DNA of 64,000 bases from Eledone cirrhosa (Eukaryota), in NCBI GenBank assembly GCA_964016885.1, contig OZ024747.1, forward strand, positions 67,580,001 through 67,644,000, in the 5' to 3' direction. The notes below the pieces were generated by a model. That model saw only the letters and a program-made list of their open reading frames with translations, was not told the DNA's origin and did not search any database. Shown here one piece after another: positions 1 to 12,638 of the stretch. Position 1 is the stretch's first letter, and each line of letters begins with the position of its first letter. Both the position numbers and the translations under genes were made by a program.

Positions 1-36
1 TATGTGTGTGTATATATATATATATATGTATATATA

Positions 37-79
<43 letters not shown>

Positions 80-217
80 GTGTGTGTGTATATATATATA
101 TATATATTTATGTGTGTGTATATATATATATTTAATATAAAGAATGTAGTGTTTATGCTCTATAAAATAGCTTATAAAATAAGACGAAGACCTTTAAAGA
201 CGGAAAAAATGCATATA

Positions 218-2456
218 GTGGCCAGGAGGGAAGCTAGGAGACAAGTGTACTTCGCAAGAAGGGAAGCAGAGGAAAGAAATTTCAAGCATGTTCTACAACA
301 CGAGGCCCAAATCGTGAGGTGTTCAGGATTGCTAGGCAATGTGTCAAGGAAAACCGTGATATTGTCGGGGAGAAATGTGTCCTTAATGATGATGGTGTAC
401 TTGCCATCACTGACGCTGATAAGAAGGTAGCATGGAAGTGTCAGTACGAAAGGCTACTAAATGAGGAGAATAAATAGGAGAAAGACAGTCTGCCCCACAT
501 CGATCCAATAGAGGGACCAGCAGTGTTAGTCGAAGGTAGTATAATAAGTAAGGCAATCAAAGATATGAAGACGGGTAAGGCGGCTGGGCCTTTGGAAATA
601 GTTGCTGAAATGCTGGGACACACCATGGTCACCCGGATAGTAAACCAAGTCATACAGAATGGGGTTGTTCCGAAGGACTGGCATAGCAGCAGCATCATTA
701 ACTGCTACAAGGGTAAAGGAGATGTCCTAGATAGGAGTAACTATAGAGGCATTAAATTAATCGACCAGGTCATGAAGGTCACAGAAAAAGTAATAGCGCA
801 ACTAATCAGAGAGAGAATTGATCTAGATGAAATGCAGTTCAGGTTTGTGTCAGGTAAAAGTACCACAGACGCTCTTTTCATTGTACGACAACTACAGGAG
901 AAGTACCTAGCTAAAAGTAAACCCCTATACTTAGCTTTTGTCGACTTGGAGAAAGCCTTCGACAGAGTCCCCCGTTCCATTATCTGGTGGGCTCTTAGAA
1001 AACTAGGTGTTGATGAATGGCTTGTGAGAGCTATACAAGCCATGAATAAAGAAATAGTCAGCAAGGTTAGAATTAACAACGAATATAGTGAAGAGTTTAG
1101 CGTAAAAGTTGGTGTTCATCAGGGCTCTGTTCTTAGCGCCTACTATTTATTATTGCTCTTCAGGCTATAACAGTGGAGTTCAAGACTGGCTGCCCATGGG
1201 AACTCTCCTATACGCAGATGATCTAACGCTCATAGCTGAATCAATGGCCGAACTAGAGAAGAAATTCCAAACATGGAAGCATGGCCTAGAATCAAAAGGC
1301 CTTAAAATTAACCTGTCTAAGACTAAAGTTCTAGTTTGTAGGAAGGAAAATAGGGCGCCGGTCCCATCCGGGAAATGGCCATGCTCAGTGTGTAGGAATG
1401 GAGTAGGTAGAAACTCCATTTTATGTCCCAAATGCAAAGTATGGGAGTATGAAAGATGTAGTGGGATCACAGGTAAGCTAACTAAGAACATAGATTTTAT
1501 ATGTGGCCGGTGCTCTGGTGCAATAAGTAGCAGCAAGTGCCCACAAAATACTAGCTCACTCCATTGCACAGATGGTTCTATAGAAATAGTGGACAGCTTC
1601 CGTTACCTGGGTGACAAAATCAGCAGTGGGGTGGTGGTGGTGGTGGTGGTGGTGGTGGGGTGCTCTGAAAGTACAGTAGCTAGAGTCAGAACTGGATGGA
1701 AAAAGTTCAGAGAGCTTATACCACTATTAGCCGCTAAAGGGTTCTCCCTAAAAATGAAAGGCAGGCTGTATGATGCCTGCATACGAACAGCAATGTTGCA
1801 TGACAGTGAGACCTGGGCATTGTGTGCAGAGGATATACGCAGACTAGAGAGGAACGAAGCTTGCATGCTCCGCATGAAAGACGACAGCTGTATAAAAAAG
1901 TGCAGGGCAATAAAAATAGACGGTAGCCACGGAGTAGGCAGACCCAGAATAACCTGGGACAACTTGATAAATTCCGACCTCACACACTTACACCTCTCCA
2001 AGACAATGTCACTGGAGCGAGACCTTTGGCGCTACTCAGTAATAGAGAAGACCCGCCTTACCTAAATACATAGTAAAACCTACTACAGTCAGTAGGCATC
2101 TCTAACAAAATACACCCCCGTCCCACTACCCCCACGCCATCCACACCACCCCTTTCATTGTAAAGTTATGTTGGTACCACAACATCCAGCCTGAAACAAA
2201 TGAGATCGTGTAGGTGTCACGACAAAAAAAACACACAGTCCACGCTGTAATGTGGCCGTGTAGGTAACATGGTAAAAACCTCCCAGTCCCACATTGTAAA
2301 CGTGGTTGGTGTTAGGAAGAGCATCCAGCCGTAGAAAACCTGCCAGGCAGTCCTATGCGAGCAAGACAACCACTCTTGCCTCAAGTGGGAAAACTCCCAT
2401 CCAAACCCATGCAAGCGTGGAATATGGACGTTAAACGATGATGATGATGATGATGA
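218..2456 (+). mobile_element. RTE-clade LINE, family 1, 5'-truncated and disrupted (RT + PHD-like finger + 3' UTR + (GAT)n tail)
   Basis: ORFs 523-1170 and 1109-2065 contain the RT motifs [27 protein letters not shown] and LLYADD. It is nearly identical to the 7685-11083 copy but has frameshifts, a GTG expansion at about 1626-1660 and an internal deletion at about 1871. It ends in (GAT)n followed by (TA)n. Confidence 0.95.
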
Positions 2457-2544
2457 TATATATATATATATATATGTGGTAAGAATAAAATGCTGTCTTA
2501 TGAAAGCATTCCACCAACTCCCTTGTAATTATGTTATTATGATT

Positions 2545-2955
2545 ATTGGATTGGTAGTATTGGTAGAGCATTGGACACTCTGCTTCATGACATTGAGTTA
2601 TGGTCCTTTACATTCTGAGTTCAAATCCCACCAAGGTTAGCTTTGCATTTCATTCTCATGGGGTCGATCAAATAAAGTACTAGTCACGCATTTGGGTCGA
2701 CTTTCCCCCTTCCCTCCAAATTGCTGGCCTTGTGCCTTAATCAGAAACCATTATGATTATTATTATTATATTGGATTGGCAGTATTGGTAGAGGGTCGGA
2801 TGCCATGCTTTTTAGCATAGTTTCGTCCCTTTACGATCTGAGTTCAAATCCCGCCGAGGTTGACTTTGCCTTTCATCCTTACGGAGTCGATAAAACAAAG
2901 TACCAGTAATGTACTGGGATAATTGCTGGCCTTGTACCAAAAGTAGAAACTATTA
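2545..2955 (+). mobile_element. Two adjacent tRNA-derived SINEs, family A
   Basis: A-box-like TGGCAGTATTGGTA, B-box GAGTTCAAATCCC, body GCCTTTCATCCTTACGGAGTCGATAAA and tail GGCCTTGTACCAAAAGTAGAAAC(TAT)n. The same sequence recurs more than 15 times in the window. Confidence 0.85.
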
Positions 2956-3185
2956 TATATATATATGATAATCATTTATAATTCTACTAGTGGCAGGTGG
3001 GGTGAAGGGAGAATATACACAAAAGTAAAAAAATAAAATAAAATAAAATATATATAAACAAATATGAGAAAATAGAAAAAAATCTGTAATGTTCTCATAT
3101 AGTGGAAGTCACTGTAGGAAGAATAAATAAAATGAAATAAACATATACACACACATAGATACATCATATATCTATATATAAACAT

Positions 3186-3236
<51 letters not shown>

Positions 3237-3250
3237 GTGTATATATATTG

Positions 3251-3796
3251 ATCATCATCATCATCATCATCAACGTTTAACGTCCGTGTTCCACGCTTGC
3301 ATGGGTTTGGACGGGGGTAGTCCCACTTGAGGCAAGAGTGATTGTCTTGCTCGCATAGGACTGTCTGGCAGGTTTTCTACAGTTGGATGCCCTTCCTAAC
3401 ACCAACCACATTTACAGTGTGGGTCTGGGAGGTTTTTACCGTGTTGCCTACACGGCCACATTACAGCGTGGACTGTGTGTTTTTTTGTCGTGACACCTAC
3501 ACAATCTCGTTTGTTTCGGCCTGGATGGCGCGGCACCAACATAACTTTACATGGAACGGGGTGGTGTGGATGGGGTGGGGGTGGTGGCGGGACGGGGTGT
3601 AGTTTGTTAGAGATGCCTACTGGCAAGGCGGGTCTTCTCTGTTACTGAGTACCGCCAAAGGTCACGGTCCAGTGACATTGTCTTGGAGAGGTGTAAGTGT
3701 ATGAGGTTGGAGTTTATCAGCTCATCCCATGTTTTTCTAGGTCTGCCTATTCCGTGGCTACCGTCTATCTTTATTGCCCTGCACTTTGTAATACAG
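3251..3796 (-). mobile_element. RTE family 1, short 3' fragment
   Basis: Reverse complement of the ORF C-terminus ([27 protein letters not shown]) plus 3' UTR. (ATC)n on the left and (TA)n on both sides. Confidence 0.93.
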
Positions 3797-3871
<75 letters not shown>

Positions 3872-4172
3872 GGAGGTGAGTTTTATTGTAGTACAATAAA
3901 GCAATGCAGATATCGGATAAGAAGCACTCTACAGTTTGTAGGACTGGAGTATACATAATATATAAAATCAAAAGATGGTTAAATGAGTTCCATGTATTTT
4001 ATTATGCGCATTTCAAAAACAAATATCATCATGCAATAACATTTGTGATTTCATCAGATAAAATAGGAGGACATGATATGAAGGTTAAAAACACTTGTGG
4101 ATAGTGCAGTTTTAAATCAACATATTTTGATATGTTGATATATGTATATATATATATATATTGATATATATA

Positions 4173-4362
4173 TATTGTTATACTTGGGGAGGGTCATATT
4201 TGCGTAATATTGCCAGAATTAATAACAGAACACACTCACTGTTTAGTTGGTTTTCACTTCTCGCTGTCTTTTATATCTGCGATCTAACTTACTCGGTCCT
4301 CATTGTTGCCATTGACTGACCGACGGTCAAAAATAATACCGATACAATATAGACACAAACAC
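4173..4362 (+). repeat. Dispersed repeat A (possible Penelope-like terminal fragment), copy 1
   Basis: TATTGTTATACTTGGGGAGGGTCATATTTGCG...GGTCAAAAATAATAC is also present inverted at about 7195-7436, direct at 11151-11332 and degenerate at about 41595-41710. Confidence 0.8.
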
Positions 4363-4364
4363 AC

Positions 4365-6855
4365 GAAGAACAGATAGAGACATTTAACGTAGAAGAGAAC
4401 TGGGAGTTCCTAAAAAATAACTTACTAGAGGCGACGGATGAGGTTTGTGGCTGGAGTAAGACCTCAAGCAGGAGGAGAGTGACTTGGTGGTGGAACAATA
4501 AGGTAGATGAAGCAGTCAAGGCCAAGAGACAGGCATGGAAAGAATGGAAGAACGGGGGGAGCAGGGTACATTACATAGAGACCAAGAGGGAAGCTAGGCG
4601 ACAAGTATACTTAGCTAGGAGGGAAGCAGAGGATAGAAAATTCAAGCATGTTTTACAACGTGAGGACCAGAAACAGGAGGTATTCAAGATTGCGAGGCAG
4701 TGTGTCAGAGATAGTTGTGATGTCATTGGAGAGAAGTGTATCCGGAATGATAAAGGTGAGCTTGCCCTCACAAGTGCTGAGAAGAAAGATGCATGGAAGA
4801 GTCATTATGATAGATTACTAAATGAGGAGAATGCATGGGAAGAAGAGACCCTACCCCACGTAGACCCTATAGAGGGACCAGCAGTACAAGTCAGCGGCAG
4901 CGTAGTAAGTAAGGCAATCAGAGATATGAAGATAGGGAAGGCAACCGGTCCATCGGGTATAGCTGCCGAGATGCTGAAGGCATCTGGGTCTGTAGGTCAC
5001 ACTATAACCACACGTATCGTTAACCAGGTAATACTAGAGGGGGCCATACCAAAAGATTGGTGCAGTAGCATCATTGTCAACTGCTACAAAGGTAAAGGCG
5101 ATGCACTAGATAGAGGAAACTATAGAGGTATAAAGTTGATGGACCAGGTCATGAAAGTAACAGAAAGAGTTATAGCACAGCTATATTCACCTGACCGGGT
5201 GAATATAGACGAGATGCAATTTGGGTTTGTACCAGGGAAAGGCACCACTGATGCCCTCTTCCTTGTGAGGCAATTACAGGAAAAGTACCTAGCTAAAAGT
5301 AAGCCACTCTACTTGGCATTTGTCGACCTTGAGAAAGCCTTTGACAGAGTTCCACGTGCAGTAATCTGGTGGGCTCTTAGAAAACTAGGAGTAGATGAAT
5401 GGCTTGTGAAAGCGGTACAAGCCATGTATAGGGGAGCAGTCAGCAAAGTTAGGATTGGCAATGAGTATAGCGAGGAATTTAGCGTACAGGTTGGGGTCCA
5501 CCAGGGCTCTGTTCTTAGCCCTCTCCTGTTCATCATAGTCCTGCAGGCAATAACGGAGGAGTTTAAGACCGGATGCCCATGGGAACTCCTGTATGCTGAT
5601 GACCTCGCACTCATAGCTGAATCTATGGTAGAACTAGAGAATAAATTCCAAACCTGGAAGCAGGGACTAGAGAGAAAGGGCCTCAAAGTCAACATGACAA
5701 AGACTAAGGTCCTTATAAGTAGACGAGAAAACAGAACCCAGATCCCCTCAGGGAAATGGCCTTGCTCAGTATGTAGGAAAGGTGTAGGTAGGAACTCCAT
5801 TCTTTGCCCCAAATGCAAACAATGGGTACACAAGAGATGTAGCGGGATCTCAGGAAGCTTAATTAAGAATGTAGGATTCACATGCAGCAGCTGTGCTGAA
5901 ACAGCAAGCAAACAGCTACAGGAAACAAGTACCACCAATCTCTGGGAGGGCCCTGTAGAAACAGTAGACAGCTTCTGCTACCTAGGTGACCGAATTAGCA
6001 ACGGAGGTGGGTGCTCAGAAAGTACAATAACTAGGGTAAGAACGGGATGGAAGAAGTTTAGGGAACTACTACCACTGCTAGCTGCAAAAGGCTTCTCCCT
6101 CAGAATGAAAGGCAGACTGTATGATGCGTGTATCCGAACAGCGATGTTGCATGGTAGTGAGACCTGGGCGCTGAAGGTGGAAGACTTACGTAGATTAGAG
6201 AGAAACGAAGCCTGCATGCTCCGATGGATGTGTAACAGTAATATACGTGAACGACAAAGCATAAATGAATTGAGAGAGAGACTGAGCATAAGAGGAATCA
6301 AATGCTGCGTGCAGGAGAGGCGGTTACGCTGGTATGGACATGTGATGCGTATGAAGGATGACAGCTGCATAAAAAGGTGCAGAGCACTAGAAGTTGATGG
6401 AAACCGCGGAGTGGGGAGACCCAAGATGACTTGGGATGAGGTGATAAAAGCCGACCTTACCCAACTACACCTCTCAAAGTCAATGACACACGACCGTGAC
6501 TTCTGGCATCACGCAGTAATACAGGGTACCCGACCTCCCATGGGTACATGCTGAAGCATATAAACAATATGCCCCCCCCCCCACCGCAAGGTGGTCGTGG
6601 AGGTGCCACGGCAAAAAAGCACCCAGCCCACACTGTAAAGTGGACGTGTAGGCGCCACGAAAAAGCACCCAGCACTCACTGTAAATGAGGTTGGTGTTAG
6701 GAAGGGCATCCAGCTGTAGAAATCAAGCCAGATCAGTTCCTGTATGAGCAAGGCATGGTCAGCCGACCAGACACTGCCCACAACAGGACAACCCGTCTAA
6801 CCCATGCTAGCGTGGAAGAACGGACGTAAAACGGTGATGATGATGATGATGATGA
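4365..6855 (+). mobile_element. RTE-clade LINE, family 2, 5'-truncated; open RT + PHD-like ORF ending at 6554, 3' UTR, (GAT)n tail
   Basis: ORF 4479-6554 has RT motifs ([32 protein letters not shown]) and CSVC..CPKC..H..C..CSSC. It is homologous to family 1 but clearly diverged from it, and it has no APE domain. Confidence 0.95.
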
Positions 6856-6869
6856 CACATATATATAGT

Positions 6870-7436
6870 TTACATAATTTACATAAATCTTTCGTTGCAC
6901 ATCTGCAACGTCGTCAGTGGTGTTATATTCTTTGTTCCTCCTGTTGTGTTGTATGTCTACGCCATTTTTTATTCAGTCTGTCTATATATTTATTTATTTA
7001 TTTGCTTGTTTGTTTATCTTATTTTATTTTGTCTTCTTTGCGCATGCGTTTGCGTGTGTGTATAGTGTTATGTGTGCTGTGTGACTAGTGTGTATAGTGT
7101 TGTGTCTGCTGGGTGACTAGTGTGTGTTTATGTGCTTGTTGTTATTGTGCTTGTGTATGTATTTATTTATCTTATTTTATTTTATTTTATTTTATTTGTG
7201 TCTATATTGTATCTGTATTATTTTTGACCGTCGGTCAGTCAATGGCAACATTGAGGACCGAGTAAGTTAGATCGCAGATATAAAAGACAGCGAGAAGCGA
7301 AAACCAACCAAACAGTGAGTGTGTTCTGTTATTAATTCTGGCAATATTACGCAAATATGACCCTCCCCAAGTATAACAATATCTGTTTCGACACACGATT
7401 TCATATAAAAAACCTCGCTAAACTAATTCATCGCCG
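6870..7436 (-). repeat. Dispersed repeat A, longer inverted copy with a hammerhead-like core near its end
   Basis: Reverse complement of 4173-4362 and 11151-11332. The minus strand at about 6917-6880 reads CTGACGA-C-GTTGCA-GATG-TGCAAC-GAAA. Confidence 0.7.
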
Positions 7437-7578
7437 ATATATATATATATATATATATATTGATATATATATATATATATATATTGATATATATATATAT
7501 ATATTGATATATATATATATATATATATTGATATATATATATATATATATATTGATATATATATATATATATATATAT

Positions 7579-7614
<36 letters not shown>

Positions 7615-7684
7615 ATATATATATATATATATATATATATATTGATATATATATATATATATATATATATCAATATATATATAT
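7437..7684. repeat. Compound (TA)n microsatellite punctuated by TTG
   Basis: (TA)n blocks separated by ATTG about 9 times. Confidence 0.95.
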
Positions 7685-10683
7685 GTCGCGCTAACGAGGT
7701 TGTAGAAATGCTTGAACGTAAGGAGGTCGATGTTTGTTGTATTCAAGAGACCAGGTGGAGGGGTGGGTCTGCTAGGTTCATTGAGGGTAAAAAACGATGT
7801 TATAACCTTTTCTGGGTGGGAAACGACGATGGGCTGGGTGGAGTAGGAATCATGGTAGCAGAAAAGTGGGCAGATAAGATAATAGACGTAAATAGAGTGA
7901 ACGACAGAATAATTAAAATACGACTTGTCCTCAATAGAACTACGGTGACAGTAATATCTGCGTACGCACCCCAATCCGGACTGCCCGGCACTATAAAAGA
8001 CAGATTCTATGAGACACTGATGCTAACTACCTCCCAAATATCCGACAGTGACTATATAATTATCGCAGGCGACCTAAATGGTCACGTTGGACAACATTGT
8101 GACGGCTACGATGAAATCCATGGAGGCTATGGGTTTGGTACTAGAAATGAGGAAGGCTCCAGAATCCTGGAATTCTGTGATGCAAATAACCTAACTATCT
8201 GTAACACTAACTTAAAAAAACGTGACAATCACCTGATCACCTATAGATCCGGGGAACACACAAGCCAGGTAGATTATATCCTTACCAGAAGACGTGACAG
8301 AGTGTCTGTTGTAAACACTAAATCCCTCCCCCATGAAGAATGCACCTCCCAACATAGACTGATAATTAGCGACCTCATAGTCAGGACGAGACGTACTCGA
8401 CAGCAGAAGAGGACTATCCTCAGGAGAAAAATATGGAAGCTAAAGGACCCCACATCCAGGAATAAATTTCAAAGCATATTACTTGATGCTTTCGACAGTA
8501 AGGAAGAACATTTAGAGTCGGACAATATAGAGGGAGAGTGGGAATTTCTGAAAGCAAACCTGCTGTTGGCGACAGACGAAGTCTGTGGCTGGAGCAGGCC
8601 TGTAGGCAGGAGGAGAGTAACATGGTGGTGGAACAGTAAGGTGGAGGGGTCAATTAAGGCCAAAAAGCAGGCTTGGAAAGTATGGCGGGATGGGGGAAGT
8701 AGAGAAGACTATCAAGTGGCCAGGAGGGAAGCTAGGAGACAAGTGTACTTAGCAAGAAGGGAAGCTGAGGAAAGAAAGTTCAAGCATGTTCTACAACGCG
8801 ATGACCAAAAACGTGAGGTGTTCAGGATTGCTAGGCAATGCGTCAATGAAAACCGTGATATTGTCGGGGAGAAGTGTGTACTAAACGACGATGGCACACT
8901 TGCCATCACCGACGCTGATAAGAAGGTAGCTTGGAAGTGTCACTATGAAAGGCTACTAAATGAGGAGAATAAATGGGAGAAAGACAGTCTCCCCCATATC
9001 GACCCAATAGAGGGACCAGCAGTGTTAGTCGAGGGGAGTATAATAAGTAAGGCAATCAAGGATATGAAGACGGGTAAGGCGGCTGGGCCTTCGGAAATAG
9101 TTGCTGAGATGCTGAAGGCATCTGGCACGGTGGGACACACCATGGTCACCCGCATAGTTAACCAAGTCGTACAGAATGGGGTTGTTCCGAAGGACTGGCA
9201 TAGCAGCATCATCGTTAACTGTTATAAGGGTAAAGGAGACGCCCTAGATAGGAGTAACTATAGAGGCATTAAATTAATCGACCAGGTCATGAAGGTCACG
9301 GAAAAAGTAATAGCGCAACTAATCAGAGAGAGAATTGACCTAGATGAAATGCAGTTCGGGTTTGTGTCAGGCAAAAGTACCACAGACGCTCTTTTCATAG
9401 TACGACAACTACAGGAGAAGTACCTAGCTAAAGGTAAACCCCTCTACTTAGCTTTTGTCGACTTGGAGAAAGCCTTCGACAGAGTCCCCCGCTCCATTAT
9501 CTGGTGGGCTCTTAGAAAACTAGGCGTTGACGAATGGCTTGTGAGGGCTATACAAGCCATGTATAAAGAAACAGTCAGCAAGGTTAGAATTAACAACGAA
9601 TATAGTGAAGAGTTTAGCGTAAAAGTTGGCGTCCATCAGGGCTCTGTTCTCAGCCCACTACTATTTATTATTGCCCTTCAGGCTATAACAGAGGAGTTCA
9701 AGACAGGCTGCCCATGGGAACTCCTATACGCAGACGACCTGACACTCATAGCGGAATCAATGGCCGAGCTAGAGAAGAAATTCCAAACATGGAAGCATGG
9801 CCTAGAGTCAAAAGGACTTAAAATTAACCTGGCTAAGACCAAAGTACTAGTTTGTAGGAAAGAAAACAAGGCGGCGGTCCCTTCTGGGAAATGGTCGTGC
9901 TCGGTGTGTAGGAAAGGCGTAGGTAGAAACTCCATTTTATGTCCTAAATGCAAAGTATGGGTGCATAAAAGATGTAGTGGGATCACAGGTAAGCTAACTA
10001 AGAACATAGATTTTACATGTGGCCGGTGCTCTGGTGCAATAAGTAGCAGCAAGTGCCCACAAAATACTAGCTCTTTCAATTGCGCAGAGGGTTCTATAGA
10101 AATAGTGGACAGCTTCCGTTACCTGGGCGATAAAATCAGCAGTGGGGGAGGGTGCTCTGAAAGTACAGTAGCTAGAGTCAGAACTGGTTGGAAAAAGTTC
10201 AGAGAGCTTATACCACTATTAGCTGCTAAAGGGTTCTCCCTAAAAATGAAAGGCAGGTTGTACGATGCCTGCATACGAACAGCAATGCTGCATGGCAGTG
10301 AGACCTGGGCATTGTGTGCAGAGGATATACGCAGACTAGAGAGGAACGAAGCTTGCATGCTCCGCTGGATGTGTAACAGTAATATACGTGAACGGCAAAG
10401 CATAAACGAACTAAGGAAAAAATTAGAGATAAGAGGGATCAGATGTTGTTTACTCGAGAGAAGGCTACGTTGGTATGGACACGTGATGCGCATGAAAGTC
10501 GATAGCTGTATAACAAAGTGCAGGGCAATAAAGATAGACGGTAGTCACGGAATAGGCAGACCTAGAAAAACCTGGGACGAGCTGATAAACTCCGACATCA
10601 CACACTTACACCTCTCCAAGACAATGTCACTGGACCGAGACCTTTGGCGGTACTCAGTAACAGAGAAGACCCGCCTTACCTAA
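7685..10683 (+). CDS. RTE LINE ORF (APE endonuclease + reverse transcriptase + PHD-like C4HC3 finger), about 1000 aa uninterrupted, extreme N-terminus missing
   Basis: APE motifs [31 protein letters not shown] and SQHR; RT motifs [34 protein letters not shown] (about 9727) and FRYLG; C-terminal [11 protein letters not shown] and GRPRKTW. There is no stop codon. The first APE motif (xNV) and the start codon are replaced by (TA)n. Confidence 0.96.
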
Positions 10684-11081
10684 ATATATAGTAAAACCTA
10701 CTCCAGCCAGTAGGCATCTCTAACAAAATACACCCCGTCCCACCCCCACCACCCCCACCCCATCCACACCACCCCGTTCTATGTAAAGTTATGTTGGTGC
10801 CGCGCCATCGAGGCCGAAACAAATGAGATCGTGTAGGTGTCACGACAAAAAAACACACAGTCCACGCTGTAATGTGGCCGTGTAGGCAACACGGTAAAAA
10901 CCTCCCAGACCCACACTGTAAATGTGGTTGGTGTTAGGAAGGGCATCCAACTGTAGAAAACCTGCCAGACAGTCCTATGCGAGCAAGACAATCACTCTTG
11001 CCTCAAGTGGGACTACCCCCGTCCAAACCCATGCAAGCGTGGAACACGGACGTTAAACATTGATGATGATGATGATGATGA

Positions 11082-11083
<2 letters not shown>
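7685..11083 (+). mobile_element. RTE family 1, nearly full-length young copy
   Basis: The ORF above plus a ~400-bp 3' UTR ending CCCATGCAAGCGTGGAACACGGACGTTAAAC-(GAT)n. Embedded in (TA)n on both sides. Confidence 0.96.
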
Positions 11084-11129
<46 letters not shown>

Positions 11130-11150
11130 ATATATATATATATATATATA

Positions 11151-11332
11151 TCGGCGATGAATTAGTTTAGCGAGGTTTTTTTATATGAAATCGTGTGTCG
11201 AAACAGATATTGTTATACTTGGGGAGGGTCATATTTGCGTAATATTGCCAGAATTAATAACAGAACACACTCACTGTTTGGTTGGTTTTCGCTTCTCGCT
11301 GTCTTTTATATCTGCGATCTAACTTACTCGGT
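11151..11332 (+). repeat. Dispersed repeat A, copy 3
   Basis: Near-perfect inverted copy of 7255-7436, cut on the right by an RTE tail. Confidence 0.85.
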
Positions 11333-11515
11333 CATCATCATCATCATCATCGTTTAACGTCCATATTCCACGCTCGCATGGGTTTGGATGGGAGTTTTCC
11401 CACTTGAGGCAAGAGTGGTTGTCTTGCTCGCATAGGACTGTCTGGCGGGTTTTCTACGGCTGAATGCCCTTCCTAACACCAACCACATTTACAGTGTGGA
11501 ACTAGGAGGTTTTTA
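11333..11515 (-). mobile_element. RTE family 1, 3' UTR fragment
   Basis: (ATC)n plus the reverse complement of the family-1 3' UTR. Confidence 0.9.
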
Positions 11516-11522
11516 TATATAT

Positions 11523-11864
11523 GGAGGCACATGGCTTAGTGGTTAGAGCTTAGGGCTTGCAATCAAAAGGTTGTGAGTTCAATTCTCAGACCGGGTGATG
11601 TGTTGTTTCCTTGAGCAAGACACTTTATTTCACATTGCTCCAGTTTACTCAGCTGTAGAAATGAGATGATAGGAACTAAGGTCCCTATCATTCCACTGCA
11701 AAGTGGTCGTGGAGGTGCCACGGCAAAAAAGCACCCAGCACTCACTGTAAATGAGGTTGGTGTTAGGAAGGACATCCAGCTCTAGAAATCAACCCAGACT
11801 CAGTTCCTGTCCCACCCTTGCAAGCAGGGAAAAGCGGGCATAAAATGATGATGATGATGATGAT
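11523..11864 (+). mobile_element. tRNA-derived CORE-like SINE, family B, with an RTE-family-2-derived 3' tail
   Basis: A box TGGCTTAGTGG, B box GAGTTCAATTC, and CORE-like GTGTTGTTTCCTTGAGCAAGACACTT..CAGTTTACTCAGCTGTAGAAATG. The 3' ~160 bp match 6590-6745, and it ends in (GAT)n. Confidence 0.85.
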
Positions 11865-12026
11865 ATATATATATATATATTGTATAAGTTAGTGGAATAT
11901 GTCTTGAAGAGTGTTTTATTTAGTTTATATCAAGCGAGTGTTTTATTTAGTTTATATCAAGCAGCTGTGAAAAGATTTTGAAGTTTCTAGTAGTTTAAGA
12001 TAGTGGGAGCAAAATATGTTAATGTC

Positions 12027-12066
<40 letters not shown>

Positions 12067-12538
12067 TATATAAATGTATGTTAAATATGTGTGATTGAGC
12101 TTGTGTACATGCGTGTGTGTGTGCTTCAACATGTGTAGATTTGTATTTAGATATATGTTTAATGAGAGCAATTTAGCAAAATGGTGCTACATAAATGTAC
12201 GCACACACACATACTAACACACACACATTCATGCACACACAGAGGCAAATATGTATGTATATACGCAGATGTATCTATATGTCACACATACATGTTAATA
12301 TATACATGTGTGTGGTGTGTGCCACATAGAGGCACAGATGTAGCTGTGTATTTCATAGGTACACATCCCAACCATATGTTGCCAGTTATTATATCATTCT
12401 ACATCATTTTGGGAAAGTATCTTCAGCTCTTGCTTCCGATTAAACAATGGTTGTGTGTGTTTTGGTAGATGGAAGCTATGCACCAGCCGGTCAAGAACAT
12501 ATATATATATATATAGACATACATTCATACATTCATAT

Positions 12539-12638
<100 letters not shown>

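Noticed and set aside
3870-4110. GIY-YIG-like words (GEFYCST, GVYIIYKI)
   Set aside because: They are in different frames, in the wrong order, and too short to call.
5309-6424. Antisense ORFs over the RTE coding regions, recurring in each copy
   Set aside because: They are shadow frames of the RT ORF, and recur only because the copies are near-identical.
7612-7684. N-terminal MIYIYI.. extension of the 1023-aa ORF
   Set aside because: It is microsatellite sequence with a non-ATG start, not part of the element.
11523-11595. tRNA-like A/B boxes, also present in the family A heads
   Set aside because: They are followed by SINE body and tail, have no clean cloverleaf, and are dispersed copies.
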